From: the human T2T-CHM13v2.0 reference genome, Homo sapiens
DNA: 64,000 bases
Reading direction: 5' to 3' (one strand)
Assembly: GCF_009914755.1 (NCBI RefSeq)
Contig: NC_060935.1
A program made the translations under genes and the position numbers. The notes beneath the pieces were generated by a model that did no database searches, was not told the DNA's origin, and saw only the letters and a list, made by a program, of their open reading frames with translations. This document shows positions 15,485 to 28,385 of the stretch, piece by piece; within the stretch, counting starts at the first letter, position 1, and every line of letters starts with the position of its first letter.

Positions 15485-15810
15485 ATTCATCATGATAGAT
15501 TCCATTGCTCTAACAAATAATCCCAAAATATTAGTGGCTTAACATAATAAAAGTGTGCTTCTTGCTCATGTCATAGTCCAGTGTGGGTCAGCAGGAGTTC
15601 TTTGTTTCTCTCCATTCAGCTGGCAGATGGAGAAGACAAGGATCAGGTGTGGATGGATGGTTTGTTTCTTCATATGCGTCAGGTTTTGTAGAGGCACACA
15701 TTACTTTCACTCATACTCCTTTGGTCACACCTGACTGCAGGAGAGGCTGGAAAATAAAATCCAGGTATGTGCACAGGAGGGAGGAGGGAGTGCAGATATT
15801 GGTAAATATT
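15485..15810 (-). mobile_element. Ancient MLT1-type LTR
   Basis: taacaaataatcccaaaatattagtggcttaacataataaaagtgtgcttcttgctcatg; homologous to 12070-12420. Confidence 0.6.
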
Positions 15811-17888
15811 ATAAATCTCTTCCCCAAAGAGTCATTATCAGTAATAACCTGCCTGTGGTGGGGTTTGAGAGTTAGGGGAAATAAAATAATCAGAATAGAC
15901 ACCAAAGTCAGGCTGGGATATTGAGTAAGGAAATAATGGATTTAACTTTGGGGATAGTCGGGTTTGCTGGGAAGACCTTACTGGTGAGTTGCAGTAGGCA
16001 GTGGGGATTGCAAATAAATGATGGAAGAGAAGCAGGAGCTGGGGTCAAGCATTGAGTCATTTGCCTAAGTTGAAGCACATGCAAACTGAAGAGGCTACCA
16101 AGGGCTGAGGATAGAATATCCATTGCCTTCTATTAAAGAAAACGGGAGGAGGAAACCAAGGAAGCAAGCACAAACTACTTAGAGAAGTAGGAAGAAAATC
16201 CAGTTACTATTAGGGCTGTGGATGCTGAGTTTGATATACTCATTCAGGTTCTGAGCCACAGTGATGTGTTTTTATGAAATAATTCTAGAAGGCAAGATAG
16301 CTGAAGAATTTATTGCAGTAGGTAAGACCCTACAAAGAATTAGAGTAGGTTTTTGAGATAGAATGTGCCTCTGGCAGCTCATTTTCTCTTGAGTCAGCAC
16401 TTCTCTCTCCAAGTCTCTTTCCCTTGCTTTGACTTTTTGCTCCACTGAATGACTGACTGTCTTTCTCTGTGCAGCTAACATTCATACCTTCCAAGAGAAG
16501 AGTTTATTGATTTGGGTAATTGTAATACAATGCAGAGTGCTCTTGTGGGTAAAGGTCTCTTACCAGGCCTCCTTAAATGCTGTTGGCAGGACTTCCAGTA
16601 CAAACATGGTAGGTTAGCTCAGATTCCATTCCTTTCTTCTTCAGGGAATAAAACCAAAGAGAATTAAATAAAATATTTAATATGTAATATACACAAACTT
16701 TATTTTCAGTGAAACCAGGAGACACGTAAGTCTGGAAGCTCCAAATATTGCATAATGGCAGCCAAAAGCATCTACGAGGCAGAGCTGTGAGGGAAGCTGT
16801 GTCGGGTGTGGTGGGGAGTTGGGCAAGAACTGCCAAGGTACTCAGGGCACCAAATGGCAACAGACTTCAGGAAGAACTTGTACAATGCTTCCCCAAAGAA
16901 ACCAAACCTAAAAGTACAGATGTTAAAATTTAAGCTGATGCTGCTGTGAAAAGAATTTATCTCCAACAGGGCTAGGGCCAGATAGTAGTCACCTGCACCG
17001 GGGCAGGTGAAGAGCAAAAGTGCAGAAAGGATCACAGAGGAGTGATTAGGATTCAAATGTACAGATTATAGGGAAATAGTTTTGAAAGAATTTAGGCAGT
17101 AATTGCTTCATGAATCCTTCTTAAGAAACGTACTACAAACAACCAAGAGATGGCCAGAAAAATTTTGGCAAAAGACTTATGGTGAGCACTGGATAGATAC
17201 ACCATTAGAACTAAATGAAAAAAAAAAAAAGGAAAGAGAAAAAGCAATTTTGGAATGAAGAGGTGGAAAGTATATTAAGCACGTTGATTGCTTCCTTCTG
17301 GCTCCAATTAGATCAGCTATATGTGTGTTTGTTATAATTATTGTTTGAGAAAAGCCAAAAGATTTAATGTGGAAAACAAACTTGAACATTACCAAGCAAG
17401 GTGACCAGCGTCTTTCACTAACTGATATTCTAGGGATTGGTGTTTATTTTGCAGGCAAAGCTGCCACATCACATTAATTAGACTTGTGGAAACTTGTGTT
17501 TGTCCTTTTAGAGATGACTGAGGGTGGATGGGAGCTAGCATGTGACCTGCAATCCTGGGAAGATCCTTCCAAAGCCTATTTTCATGGGGACTGCGTGGGT
17601 GTGGATTCTGCCTGGGACCCCAATGTTGGGTCTTCACAATCCTGGCTGCAGACTCTTCTTCCTTTGATTTCTGTCAGGTTCATTTTGGTTCACTGAGTAC
17701 ATTTCTCTGTGAGACTGATAAAGATGTCTGTCTCTCTCTTTCCCAGTCCTGCATCTCCTCAATTGTTCTTTTGATTTTGTATGTCCCAGAGCCCTTGCTG
17801 AGCACAGCTTTAGGAAGATTTGAGGGTGTAAATGGCAGGGGTGGCAGGGGAGGCCAAATCCTCTATCACCCTGGGGAAACTTCGGGCT

Positions 17889-18120
17889 TTTATTTTTATT
17901 TTTTTATTATTATTATACTTTAAGTTTTAGGGTACATGTGCACAACATGCAGGTTTGTTACATATGTATACATGTGCCATGTTGGTGTGCTGCAATACCA
18001 TTTGACCCAGCCATCCCATTACTGGGTATATACCCAAAGGATTATAAATCATGCTGCTATAAAGACACATGCACACGTATGTTTATTGTGGCACTATTCA
18101 CAATAGCAAAGACTTGGAAC
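17889..18120 (-). mobile_element. Tiny L1PA insertion with 5' inversion (twin priming)
   Basis: 17889-17994 antisense L1 3' end with poly(T); 17995-18120 sense ORF2 end ([30 protein letters not shown]); TSD AACTTC(G/A)GGCTTTT at 17878-17891 and 18118-18131. Confidence 0.95.
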
Positions 18121-18808
18121 TTCAGGCTTTTGTATTGTCTACAACTGATTTGTTATGAGCTTATTTTAATTAAGCCTCATAGTGTATGCTGAGTAGGTCT
18201 TTTAGAAGTAAATATAGAAAACAAAAGGGAAAAGAAAAAAGGTAAGTTAGTTTATTTTCCAATAGTACAAAAACAAACCTGTCAGCTTAGTCAAATCAGT
18301 CAGATTTTATTTCCATGAAATGAATTCATCACTTTGTTAGCTTGGTTGAGTTGGCTGTTCAGTAACTTTGTCCCATGCATGGGAATGGAAGCATTGGTTA
18401 GCCCGTTTGCACTGCCATGCAGTGATGGGAGGGAAGAGGTCCTTCTCTCCTTGCTCAGGTTGGTTGGAGTAGGTGGGTCAGAGTCATGAGTGAGGGAAAT
18501 GGTCCTATCAACATGATTTACAGAATGGAAAAAGTTTACCTTGCTCACAAATGGCCCTTTCTTGTTTCATGAGATTTCATGAGACCCTAACACTACTTGT
18601 TCCTCCATTCTTGGAAATTGACATGAAAACACAAATGCCCTGAGGGAGGAATAAGATATGAAAACAATGTGACCTAGTCACACCCCAGTCAAGTGCATCT
18701 GTAAATAGCCCTCCAGGAGCCTACCAGGGGCCAAGTAAATGGGGCAAAAGGAGGAAGATTTTAATGGGCAAAAGAGAGGCAGGAAAGTGCAGAGGGTGTG
18801 AGAGTCTA

Positions 18809-20198
18809 CCTGAATAAGGTGCTGATGTGGTGGTCACCAGAGCCTTGGGACCTGGGCAAGAGAAGAGTCACTAGAAGGGAGCTTAGGGCCAGAGATTACG
18901 CTGATTTATTTTATAATTCTGCATAGGACTGAACCTTCTTCTGCTAGAAATATAAGTTTCACATATATTGCACTGACCTCCTTTCCTAACCAGATCCTGA
19001 AAGAAGCCTTCTATTTGGGCTAAGAGGTGAAAATAAGGAGGACAAAGGGGCAAAGAAGGGCCAGTTATTTAAGGTAGTCAGAGAGAGAACATATGAAACA
19101 CTTCAGCTAAAAATTGGCCAGAATGAAGCAGCAGTTAACTCATTCTGTAGGAAATTAGACCAGAAGGTGGACCCATCCTTCCAACTCATGTCAACTGCAG
19201 GACCATGCCAGCTCCAGAGCTCCACATGGGAACTCTCTTAACTTCCCCATCTGCCCAAGCCAGCTTCCATCCTTTCTCTTTTACAGCTGTTGATGTTAAA
19301 AGCACTCTGTAAGGAACATCCTGCATGCTAATCTCTGTCTCAGAGTCTGCTTCCCCAGGAACCCGACCTGCAACAATTTATAAGGCACAGTTCCTGTGCC
19401 GGGCACTGATACTCACAGGGCATGGTGATATTTTATTTCCAGGGGCTGTATTTCTGGGGCTCTGTGTTCACTCTCAGCCCTGTCTCATGTCAACACCCTC
19501 AACCTGATGTTCCAAAATGTTGGCTCAGCAGATAGGTACTCTAAACAAAATAAGGTACACAATAATCCTTCCAAGCAAAGGTTTAAATCCCAGTGAGTGT
19601 AAAAATAATTAGAGATACAAATCTATGGATGTGGAGCAGTTCTTTCCCACCCTGACCCATCACTTGTCTTGGCCAAGGGCACAGGCCTTTATCCTGAGCA
19701 CGAAGCAACATCGCACACCACAACACCCACTCCTGGTTCCTGGCCATCTCTGAGAGAAAACTCACTGTTCTCCTTTTTGTTCAGAAAGGATCAGAAAGGT
19801 GACACTCCACAGAGGAAAAGCTGGGGCTTTTAAGTCCACCTTCTGGTCTAATTTCCTACAGAGTGACTTTTAACTGCTGCTTCTTTCTGTCCAATTTTAG
19901 CTGAAATGTTTCATGTGTTCTCTCTCTGACTACCCTAAATAGCTGGCCCTTCTTTGACCTTTTGTCCTCCTTATTTTCACCTCTTAGCCCAAATAGAAGA
20001 CTCCTTTCAAGATATGGTTAGGAAAGGAGATTAGTTCAATGTTTGTGAAATTTCCATTTCCAGCAGCAGCAGGCCCAGTCCTATGCAGAATTATAAAACA
20101 AATCAGTGTAATTCCTGGCACCGTGCTTCCTTCTAGTGACTCTTTTCTTGCACGGGTCCCAAGGCTCCAGTGACCACCACATCAGCCTCTTATTCAGG
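18809..20198. repeat. Long inverted repeat: arms 18809-19172 and 19834-20198, spacer ~660 bp
   Basis: Arms align end to end as reverse complements, ~87-88% identity by eye, including a perfect 39-bp block cttctatttgggctaagaggtgaaaataaggaggacaaa. Confidence 0.97.
19175..19375 (+). mobile_element. 3' fragment of an ancient ERVL LTR (LTR16/LTR41-like)
   Basis: aacatcctgcatgctaatctctgtctcagagtctgcttccccaggaacccgacctgcaaca is a typical ERVL LTR terminus. Confidence 0.65.
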
Positions 20199-20645
20199 CA
20201 GCCCCTGCACCTTTTATATCCCCACTATGATTGGGTTCAGGATGGTCCTGTAAAGAGGCACAACCTTGGGTAAGGCAGATATCTCTGGCCAAGGCAGTCC
20301 CCAAAGAGAGAAACAGCTGAGAGCTGTCTTTCAGGAGCACTCCCAACAGCTGGAGAAATAAATCCATAAAATCTGACACAATATGTGGTATAATACATAG
20401 AGTCAGTGCTAACTTGCATGTTTTGACCAGATGTTAAACTGGTTTCTTACAAAATGAAAAAACACCCCCTCACCCCAACCCCTATCTCAGTTAATCTTGC
20501 AACATCACTCTGCACTTAACCTAGGCAGGAAAGGGTGGGTGGAGAAGATTTATGAAAAACTACTGCCTGGATGGTGTTCAAATAAGTGGAAATATATCTG
20601 GGTACATAGATTCAATTATATTCTTACAAAGGAATAGTTTCGGTC

Positions 20646-20865
20646 AAGTGGTTCTCAACTAGGGGTGATTTTGCTCTCTAAAGGACATTTAGCAATGTCT
20701 GAAGACATATTTGGTTATCATGATTGGGAGCAGGGGGCAGTGCTACTGGCATGTAGTGGGTAGAGGCCACGGACGCTGTTAGACACCCTGCAATACACAG
20801 TACAGCCCCCATAACAAGGAATTATTCAGCCAAAATGTCAGAAATGCTGAGCTTGAGAAACCCTG
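20646..20865 (+). mobile_element. MER20 (hAT-Charlie)
   Basis: agtggttctcaactaggggtgattttgc...gtgctactggcatgtagtgggtagaggcca...ttgagaaaccctg. Confidence 0.9.
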
Positions 20866-23079
20866 TCTTGGCCCATGGAGTGAAAATGCGGGTGCTGGAT
20901 GCACTCTCTCTTCCTTCCCTTGTTATGTTCCTCCCCTGGCCCCTACTACATGTATTGTGCTGTGCAGCTATCTCTCTTTTTGGGCCTAACTTCCATCTTG
21001 ATTCAAACGTTGTTGAATACTTGTCTTATTTCCTTAATAGACTATGAGTGCCTGCAAGGCTGGAATAGTTCTTACATATTCGGTATCCCTCATTAAAACT
21101 TAGCACGTGGTAGGTATATATGTGCGTGCATGCACACACACACACACTCCATATATCTAGTTGAGTTGTACTGCAGTAAAATACAATGGACAGCATTGGT
21201 ACAGAAGCTGATATCCTTCTACCAGATCAAACTGGTGTTCTTCACAAAGTATCAAATGCTTGTTAGAGGTGTTAAGAGTTTGGGTCTTGTGTGTCAGGTA
21301 AGCTGGACAGAGGATGGTGGAGTATTTACAGTGTGCACTGCAGACTATGGCTAATCATGGGCCTTGGTTCCATTTATATGATAGGGTCATTCAGAATACA
21401 GGGGAAGAAAGGCCTAAAGATGATGTGAGGTTGTTCTTTTTCAGGGTCTCCAAGGTAGAGACTAGCTAAGAGGGCCTCTGAAGCTGAGGTCAGGAAGAGA
21501 CACCCAAACAAGAGAGGGTTGTCTTGTATTTATGTCTTCTTCCTTTAATTACCCCAATGATCTGAGCCCATTCATCTTCCCTATTTTCCCCTACCCAGAC
21601 CAGGGGCTGGATAGTTCTGTTCCTTATTCCTTGGTCTCTAGGAGTTGAGGCAGCCTATAAGCTTATAGAAGGGACCATATTCAGGGCTGTAGTCTTCTGC
21701 TGGGAAAGAAGAAATATAACAGCCTCTTCTTCTTTCCTTTACTTTTCTTTGCCTGGGAGGAGAAGGCAGAATTACTAAGCAATTTTCAAAGGTTGCCTTA
21801 GACTGAGTCTGAATCCCTGTCCCCCCTGAAAATAACCCTGTGTTCACAGACTCAATAGTGAACAGTTTGTCATTTTAATCTGCAAGTTTGTTAGACCACC
21901 AAGTACAATCAGCTCAGTGTATTAAAAGTTCCCAGGAACAAAATTACTTCAGTGTAGAGTATATATTGCTGTTCATAGAGCAATTTATTTTTCTATAGGT
22001 ATAGTATATACCTGCAGTATTTCTTGTGAAAAAATACCTGTAGTATTTCTTGCTAGTGGTGGAGCAATAGAATCTAGAATATACTGGCTCTTGTCTCATA
22101 GGAATCTATTATAAGTAGGATTGTAAAGTTCCTTCCTCTCTAGTACCTGAAAACCTGTTTTTTTTGGCATTGAGCCCTGAAGGAGACATCACAGGTGATG
22201 TTTTGCCCATACCAATAAAGCACTCCCCCTGTCCTATGAAAGGGTATGTCATTTACATAACACATTCAGCCCTATTGACACTGTTGTAATCTATCATTCA
22301 GTTAGGTATTTAGGATATGTCCTTCTTTAGACATAATAAAATCATTATAATAACCCATGGGAGAAATGCATTCTCCTTGGGCATACATTTGTTTTTAAAT
22401 GGGAACATCTCCAACTGTTATTATTTTTGTGTGAAAATACCATAAGTGATTGGTCTAAGTTATGAATCAGTTACCTGCCAAATTAAATTCTTAAAATCAC
22501 CATCATTACTGGGTTATGCTAATGCGAAAGAGAAGCAAGAAAATCTATAAAAAATTAGAATATTCTTACATATCTAACAAGTAGAGAGAGGCTGATGTCT
22601 TCCCAAGTGCATTATCCCTCCCAAACACCCACTCCTTTACCATCCTGCCCAACTGGTGCTCCAGTGTCTGCAATGCACACACACACAACCCTAAAGACAA
22701 CCTAGCAACTAAGTCAAACTAGTCACATTTGGAATAAAGACTTGATAATCTCATTATCAGTATCAGTGATTCCAACTGGTTCACAATGGCTTTGGATGTC
22801 TGATCTCAAATCTGAGCTTTTGTCTTATACTTGGAGTGATACACAAAATTTTAAAGTAATTTTTCTAGGCAAGTTGGAGGTGAAAAATGTTTTATTAAGG
22901 AGAACCTTCAGAAGACAGACATAAGTGCAATTCATTATTTAGAGGCAAAATCTAACTCTGAGTACATAGTTTATCAGGCAGTTATGCAGAAAATGAAAGG
23001 AGAAAAATGATTCCTACAAAATCACCAACTGGAACAACGGGAAAATATAGATTTAGAGAATCAAGGATTTTATGAAATT

Positions 23080-23260
23080 ATAGCAAAAAAGTATAGTTTG
23101 GAGTCAGAAAAACCCAAGTTAGGTATTTAATTTTTGGGTCTCAGCTGTAATATAAAGTAGGTGTAAAATCATACATATCTTATGGGTTAAAATGGAAGTC
23201 AAGGAGATAATGTGAAAGCATTTATAAACTCTAGAGGCATATCAATTATTATTTATCATC
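23080..23260 (+). mobile_element. Degraded MIR
   Basis: tttggagtcagaaaaacccaagtt...ggagataatgtgaaagcatttataaac. Confidence 0.55.
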
Positions 23261-23666
23261 AGCATCATTACACTTTTTTAATACTTTTAATTAATCTGAT
23301 TTTTATTAGAGCAGGATGCCAAGTTTTAGCCTCTAGAAAATAGCAATTGTATTTTTTGAAAGATGGAACAAATTCTTCAATTTATCTGATTCATCATTAG
23401 GAATTTGTGAATTTCTTTTCTGAAGTATTTTCCACAATTGTAATAAGAGGGATTGTCATGAAATAATTTGTCTGGGGAAAGACATTTTATCTAATTTTTC
23501 AATTATCACCCATTTCTCTGAAGAAGAGCCCTGTCTCTGAGAAAATGGGGGCACAGGGGCAGCCTAATTTGATAAAGAAAATGAGGTAGTGGCAGCATAA
23601 AGTTGCTTCATCATAGGTCATGTGATTGGAGGATCTGTGGTGTTGGGGAGCAAGAAAGGGTCCTGC

Positions 23667-24428
23667 TGTATTAGTCCCTTCTCACACTGCTATAAAGATA
23701 CTACCTGAGACTGGGTAATTTATGAACAAAAGAGGTTTAATTGATTCACAGTTCCACATGGGTGGAGAGGCCTCAGGAAACTTACAATCATGGTGGAAGG
23801 CAAAGGCGCAGCAAGGCACATCTTACATAGTGGCAGGAGAGAGAGAGAGAGGGGAAGCAGCAGACCCCTATCAAACAGCCAGCTCTTGTGAGAACTCACT
23901 CCAGAACATCATGGAGGAAACCGCCCCTGTGATCCAATCACCTCCCACCAGATCCCTCCCTCCACATGTGGGGATTACAATTCGAGATGAGATTTGGGTG
24001 GGGACCACAGAGCCAAACCATATTGTTCCATCCTGGCCCCTCCCAAATCTCATGTCCTTCTCACATTTCAAAATGCAATCATGCCTTCCCAACAGCTCCC
24101 CAAAGTCTCGACTCATTCCAGCATTAACACAAAAGTCCAAGTCCAAAGTCTCATTTCAGACAAGGCAAGTTCCTTCTGCCTATGAGTCTGTAAAATCAAA
24201 AACAAGTTAGTTACTTCCAAGATACAATGGGGGTACAGGCATTGGGTAAATGTTCCCATTCCAAATGGGAGAAACAGGCCAAAACAAAGGGGCCACAGAC
24301 CCCATGCAAGTCCAAAACCCAGTGGGGCAGTCGTTAAATATTAAAGCTCTGAAATGATCTCCTTTGACTCCATGACTTACATCCAGGGCACGATGATGCA
24401 AGGGGTGGGCTTCCATGGTCTTGGGCAC
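23667..24428 (-). mobile_element. MSTA-like LTR (23667-24025) plus ~400 bp of adjacent internal sequence; rest of provirus absent
   Basis: tgtattagtcccttctcacactgcta...cagagccaaaccata followed by MaLR internal sequence cctggcccctcccaaatctcatgtcc...aaagctctgaaatgatctcctttgactccatg. Confidence 0.9.
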
Positions 24429-26827
24429 CTGGCAACTAGGGTGTAAGACAACATATATAAAAAGAAAAGAGTTTCAAACCCACTTCATGACATCAAAGGC
24501 CAGTTCTGTTTGTGAAAGACTCATACATCTCCAGTATTTCCTACCCAGAAATTTGTAGATGAATATTGGTTTTATAATTTCTGCAGCTTTCCATTAATAA
24601 AAGGTCATTCCTTTTTGTTCTTTTCTTCTTTGGCCAAAGAGGGAGAGACTGTAAAACACTGACACTGACTAGGCTGCAGGCAGCATTCTGATTCTTGGTT
24701 TACCAGGGGTTCTGATCTTGGAGAAGCCAAGGTGACATCTTAGGCAGACAACAGATAATACACTAAGAGAAGAGAACTTAGAAGCCTCATGTTGCATGTT
24801 GGGTTGACAGATGGGGTTTGGGATGGGAGGGAATAGTTCTTCAGTGCAATCAGCAAAGGTGCCCAGGGCATGAGCTTGGGAGAATCTGACAGAAATGAAC
24901 AACTGTGTTTCGATCAACCATCTGGAAGCATGGCCTAATGTCAAGCCAGGGCCAGGTGGAGGATGCGGGCCAGTGATCTGCAGCTGGACTTAGAGAAGAG
25001 CGACTGGATTCCCATGGAATGGCAGCAGTGGGGGATGCTAGAGTAAGCCCTCAGTTTGGTAACAGCCTAGGCAGCAGCTTGATGTGCAGCCTCTGTCCTG
25101 GGTAAGATGGCCTCACTGCCCAGGTCTCCTCTTGGTGCCTCCATCTGTCTCTCAGCTCTGCCTTGCCTTGGGCAACTATTCCGTCCTGGTTCTTTTCTGC
25201 CTGGCTACTGGGTCTCTAATGCAGTACTTTTCCCTGCTCCTCAGTTTGCTTGTATGCCTATATCCCTGATAAAAGTGTATGAATTATTCAACTAGTCTTT
25301 TCCTGCCTTCCCACCCACTTTATCCCCTTCTAGAGCTGCTAGTAATCCCAGAACGAATGGGGTCCTAGTAGGGGAAGACATATCCCAAGGGCATCATCAT
25401 CTTATTATTATTAGGCAAGAATGCAAATATATACAACAGGTAAACCAGCTTTATTTCTGCAAGATGACACTGAATTCAGCTAGGCAGCTCCTCAATTTGG
25501 CTAGAGTTGAGGGGGAGCATGAGTTGGAAATAAATCAAACCAGTTGGCTTAGATTGACTGGTCATTTCAGCCCAAATGCTTGATCACTTTGCACTGAGTA
25601 GACAGGTTTAGAGAGCTTCCAAAACACAGTTCCCATAGCAACTATACAAAGAAGAAATGGCAATAAGAAGCAGTGCATGTGGAATTTATTTTATCTTTTC
25701 TTGCCTGACTTCCTTTTGTCCCATCTCATATTCCCTTAGGCGCTGGCCATCTGGGTATGTTCTTTTTTTCTTAGCAGTTTTCCCCAGGAAAGAACTGTGT
25801 TTAAAATGCCCTTTCTTACCTACCTCTGACTGACAGAATGAGATTGTCATTTGCAATTGTGAACTGGAGCCTTTTGTGTCTCTAATGAAATCCTGACTCA
25901 AACTGTCCCTGTCCTTCTTGCTTGAACTTCACTGGTTACATTTGCTATAGGATTAGGGAGTTCATTGCAAAAGGGATTAAGATTTTTGCTCTGGGACCTG
26001 TTTTGGTGATTTCTTTCTGTAAGGGAACACATCATTTGGCACATAGCAGCTCCTGTAGCTCTGAAAACCTCAAAAATCGAGCCTTGAAGTCTCATTCCAC
26101 TACTTCCTGCCACCCTTCTTATCACTAACAAGTAGATGATTCAGAACAGTCTATGTTTTGGCAATTTACAGACTGATGTTTAATTCAGCCTCCTTTATTG
26201 ATCTCTATCTTGATTCAAATGTCCATCTTCTGAACCTTGAAAAATATCTTCATTAGAATTATACTGAGCTTCCTTTTTAAAATAAACACATAACACAACA
26301 GAACAGGATGTCTCACCCAAAATTCATTTCATTATGTCTAAAACAATTTATTTCTTCTCATTTTTGAAATCTCTTTCCCTAAGAATTCCCTCTGTTTTCT
26401 GTTTCTAATACATGTGTAAAGAGGTTTGCTTGAAGTTGCTTGTTTATCCCCAAATCACAAAAGCAGTTGCAGACTTTCTTAACCATTTCTCTGAGGTTAC
26501 ATGTCAGATTTCCTTAGATTTATATTCAAAGTCTTCTAGAGGTTTATCCCAACTTACCTTTGCAGTTTATACCAAAACAAAAAAGATGTAAAAATCTTTG
26601 GCTTCTGTCAAAATGGTCTGTTCACTGGGCCCCCAAGGCACCTTGCCATTTCCAGCTACCTACCTAGCTTTGCTCATGCCATTCCTTTTACCTGGGATAA
26701 CATCTGTCTTCTTTTAAGCAATTAAAAATTTTCTTTCCCACTCTCTACTTCAATTTCTATCTCTTTTTAAAGCCAATTTTGATCATAAACACACACACTT
26801 ATTATTACATGCTCCTTGTTTTGGTGT

Positions 26828-27262
26828 TGGTATTGGCGTGTAATTGCTGTATGAGAAACTGCTGAAAGATCAGTGGCTTAAACAAGCATTCTTAAGCTTA
26901 AGCGTCCACAGTTCAATAGTGATTGATTCAACTGATTTAGGATGGGCTCATCTGGGCAGCTCTGCTGCATGCTAAGAGTTAACTGAGATTGGCTCCAGAT
27001 GAGAAGTTGGGCTCAAATCTGCCCCATGCATGTTTATTTGGGGGCCCAGGTTAAAGGGGCAGTGATTACCTGGGGTATCTTCTCTTGGCAGACCACTGAG
27101 TGTGAAAAAAACCAAGCCAAACACACAAATACTCTTAAGGCTTCTGCTCAAATCACATTCACTTTAAGACCAGAGCAAGTTATGTGGCCAAGCCCGAGAT
27201 CAGCTGGGCATAGAAGTCTACTCTTCCCACAGTGGGAGGAGAAGAATATTTGCTGACCAAGA
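26828..27262 (-). mobile_element. MLT1 (H/I/J-like) LTR
   Basis: tcagtggcttaaacaagc...gatgggctcatctgggcagctctgct...ccaagccaaacacacaaatactcttaaggcttctgctc...gcaagttatgtggccaagccc. Confidence 0.7.
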
Positions 27263-27454
27263 ATGCAAACTCTCATGGAATTCTTCATGTATTGCAATAT
27301 CCCATTCCCATGTAGATATGCTGCATCCACCTGAATGGATAAGCTTCTGCTTGAAAAGTAGAACTATACTTTATCATTGTGCTCTCCACCCCTAGCACTT
27401 ATGCCAATGACAGACAGATAGCTGGACCCAAATTAATATTGGTTTATCTGTTAT

Positions 27455-28385
27455 TTTCACAGCATATTTTGGAGCAGTTTTAAGTTCACAGCAAAATTGC
27501 GAGGAAAGTACCGAGATTCCCCATAGTCTGTGCCCCCACATTTGTAGCTCCTCCCATTATCAACATCCCCCACCACAGTGGTACGTTTCTTATAACTGCT
27601 GGACCTACATTGACACATCATTATAATCCAAACACATAGTTTACATTAGGATTCACACTTAGTGTCGTACATTCTATGGGTTTTTTGACAAATGTTTAAT
27701 GACATGTATCCACCGTTGTAGTATCAGAGTATTTTCACCACCCTAAATTCCCTGTGCTCTGCCTGTTCATCCTTCTTTATCCATTAGCCACTGGCAACCA
27801 CTGATCTTTTCATTGCTCTGTAGTTTTGTCTTTTCTGGAATGTCATATAGTTGGAACTATACAGTATATAACCTTTTCAGATCGGCTTCTTTCACTTCGT
27901 AATATGCATTTAAGATTCCCTTCATGTCTTTTCATGGCTTGATAGCTCACTCCTTTATAGCACTGAATAATATTCCATTGTCTGGATGTACCACAGTTTA
28001 TCCATTCACCTGCTGAAGGACATCTCAGTTTCTTCCAAGTTTTAGCAATTATAAATAAAGCTGCTATAAACATTTGTGTGCAGGCTTTTGCATAGACATA
28101 AGCCTTCACTTCTTTTGGGTAAATACCAAGGAGCACAATTTCTGGATTGTATGGTAAGAGTATGTTTACTTTTATAAGAAACTGCCAAACTGCCCTCCAA
28201 AGTGGCTGTACCATTTTGCATCCCTGACGGCAATGAATGAGATTTCATTGCTCCACATTCTCACCAGCATTTAGTGTTTTCAGTATTCTGGATTTTGGCC
28301 ATTCTAATAAGTGTAAGGTAATATTTCACTGTTGTTTTGATTTGCATTTCCTTGATAACATGATGTGGAGCATCTTTTCACGTTT
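27455..28385 (-). mobile_element. L1MC/L1MD-type 3' fragment
   Basis: gagcagttttaagttcacagcaaaattg 3'UTR; antisense ORF 27843-28214 resembles the L1 ORF2 C-terminus (VQPLW...LLGIYPKE...MFIAALFIIAKTW). Confidence 0.88.

Noticed and set aside
18565-19799. 10-bp tandem duplications (tttcatgaga x2 near 18565; tcagaaagga x2 near 19780)
   Set aside because: Common slippage products with no further structure.
23722-24210. 162-aa ORF and overlapping ORFs
   Set aside because: Entirely within the MST LTR/internal sequence; typical spurious MaLR translations.
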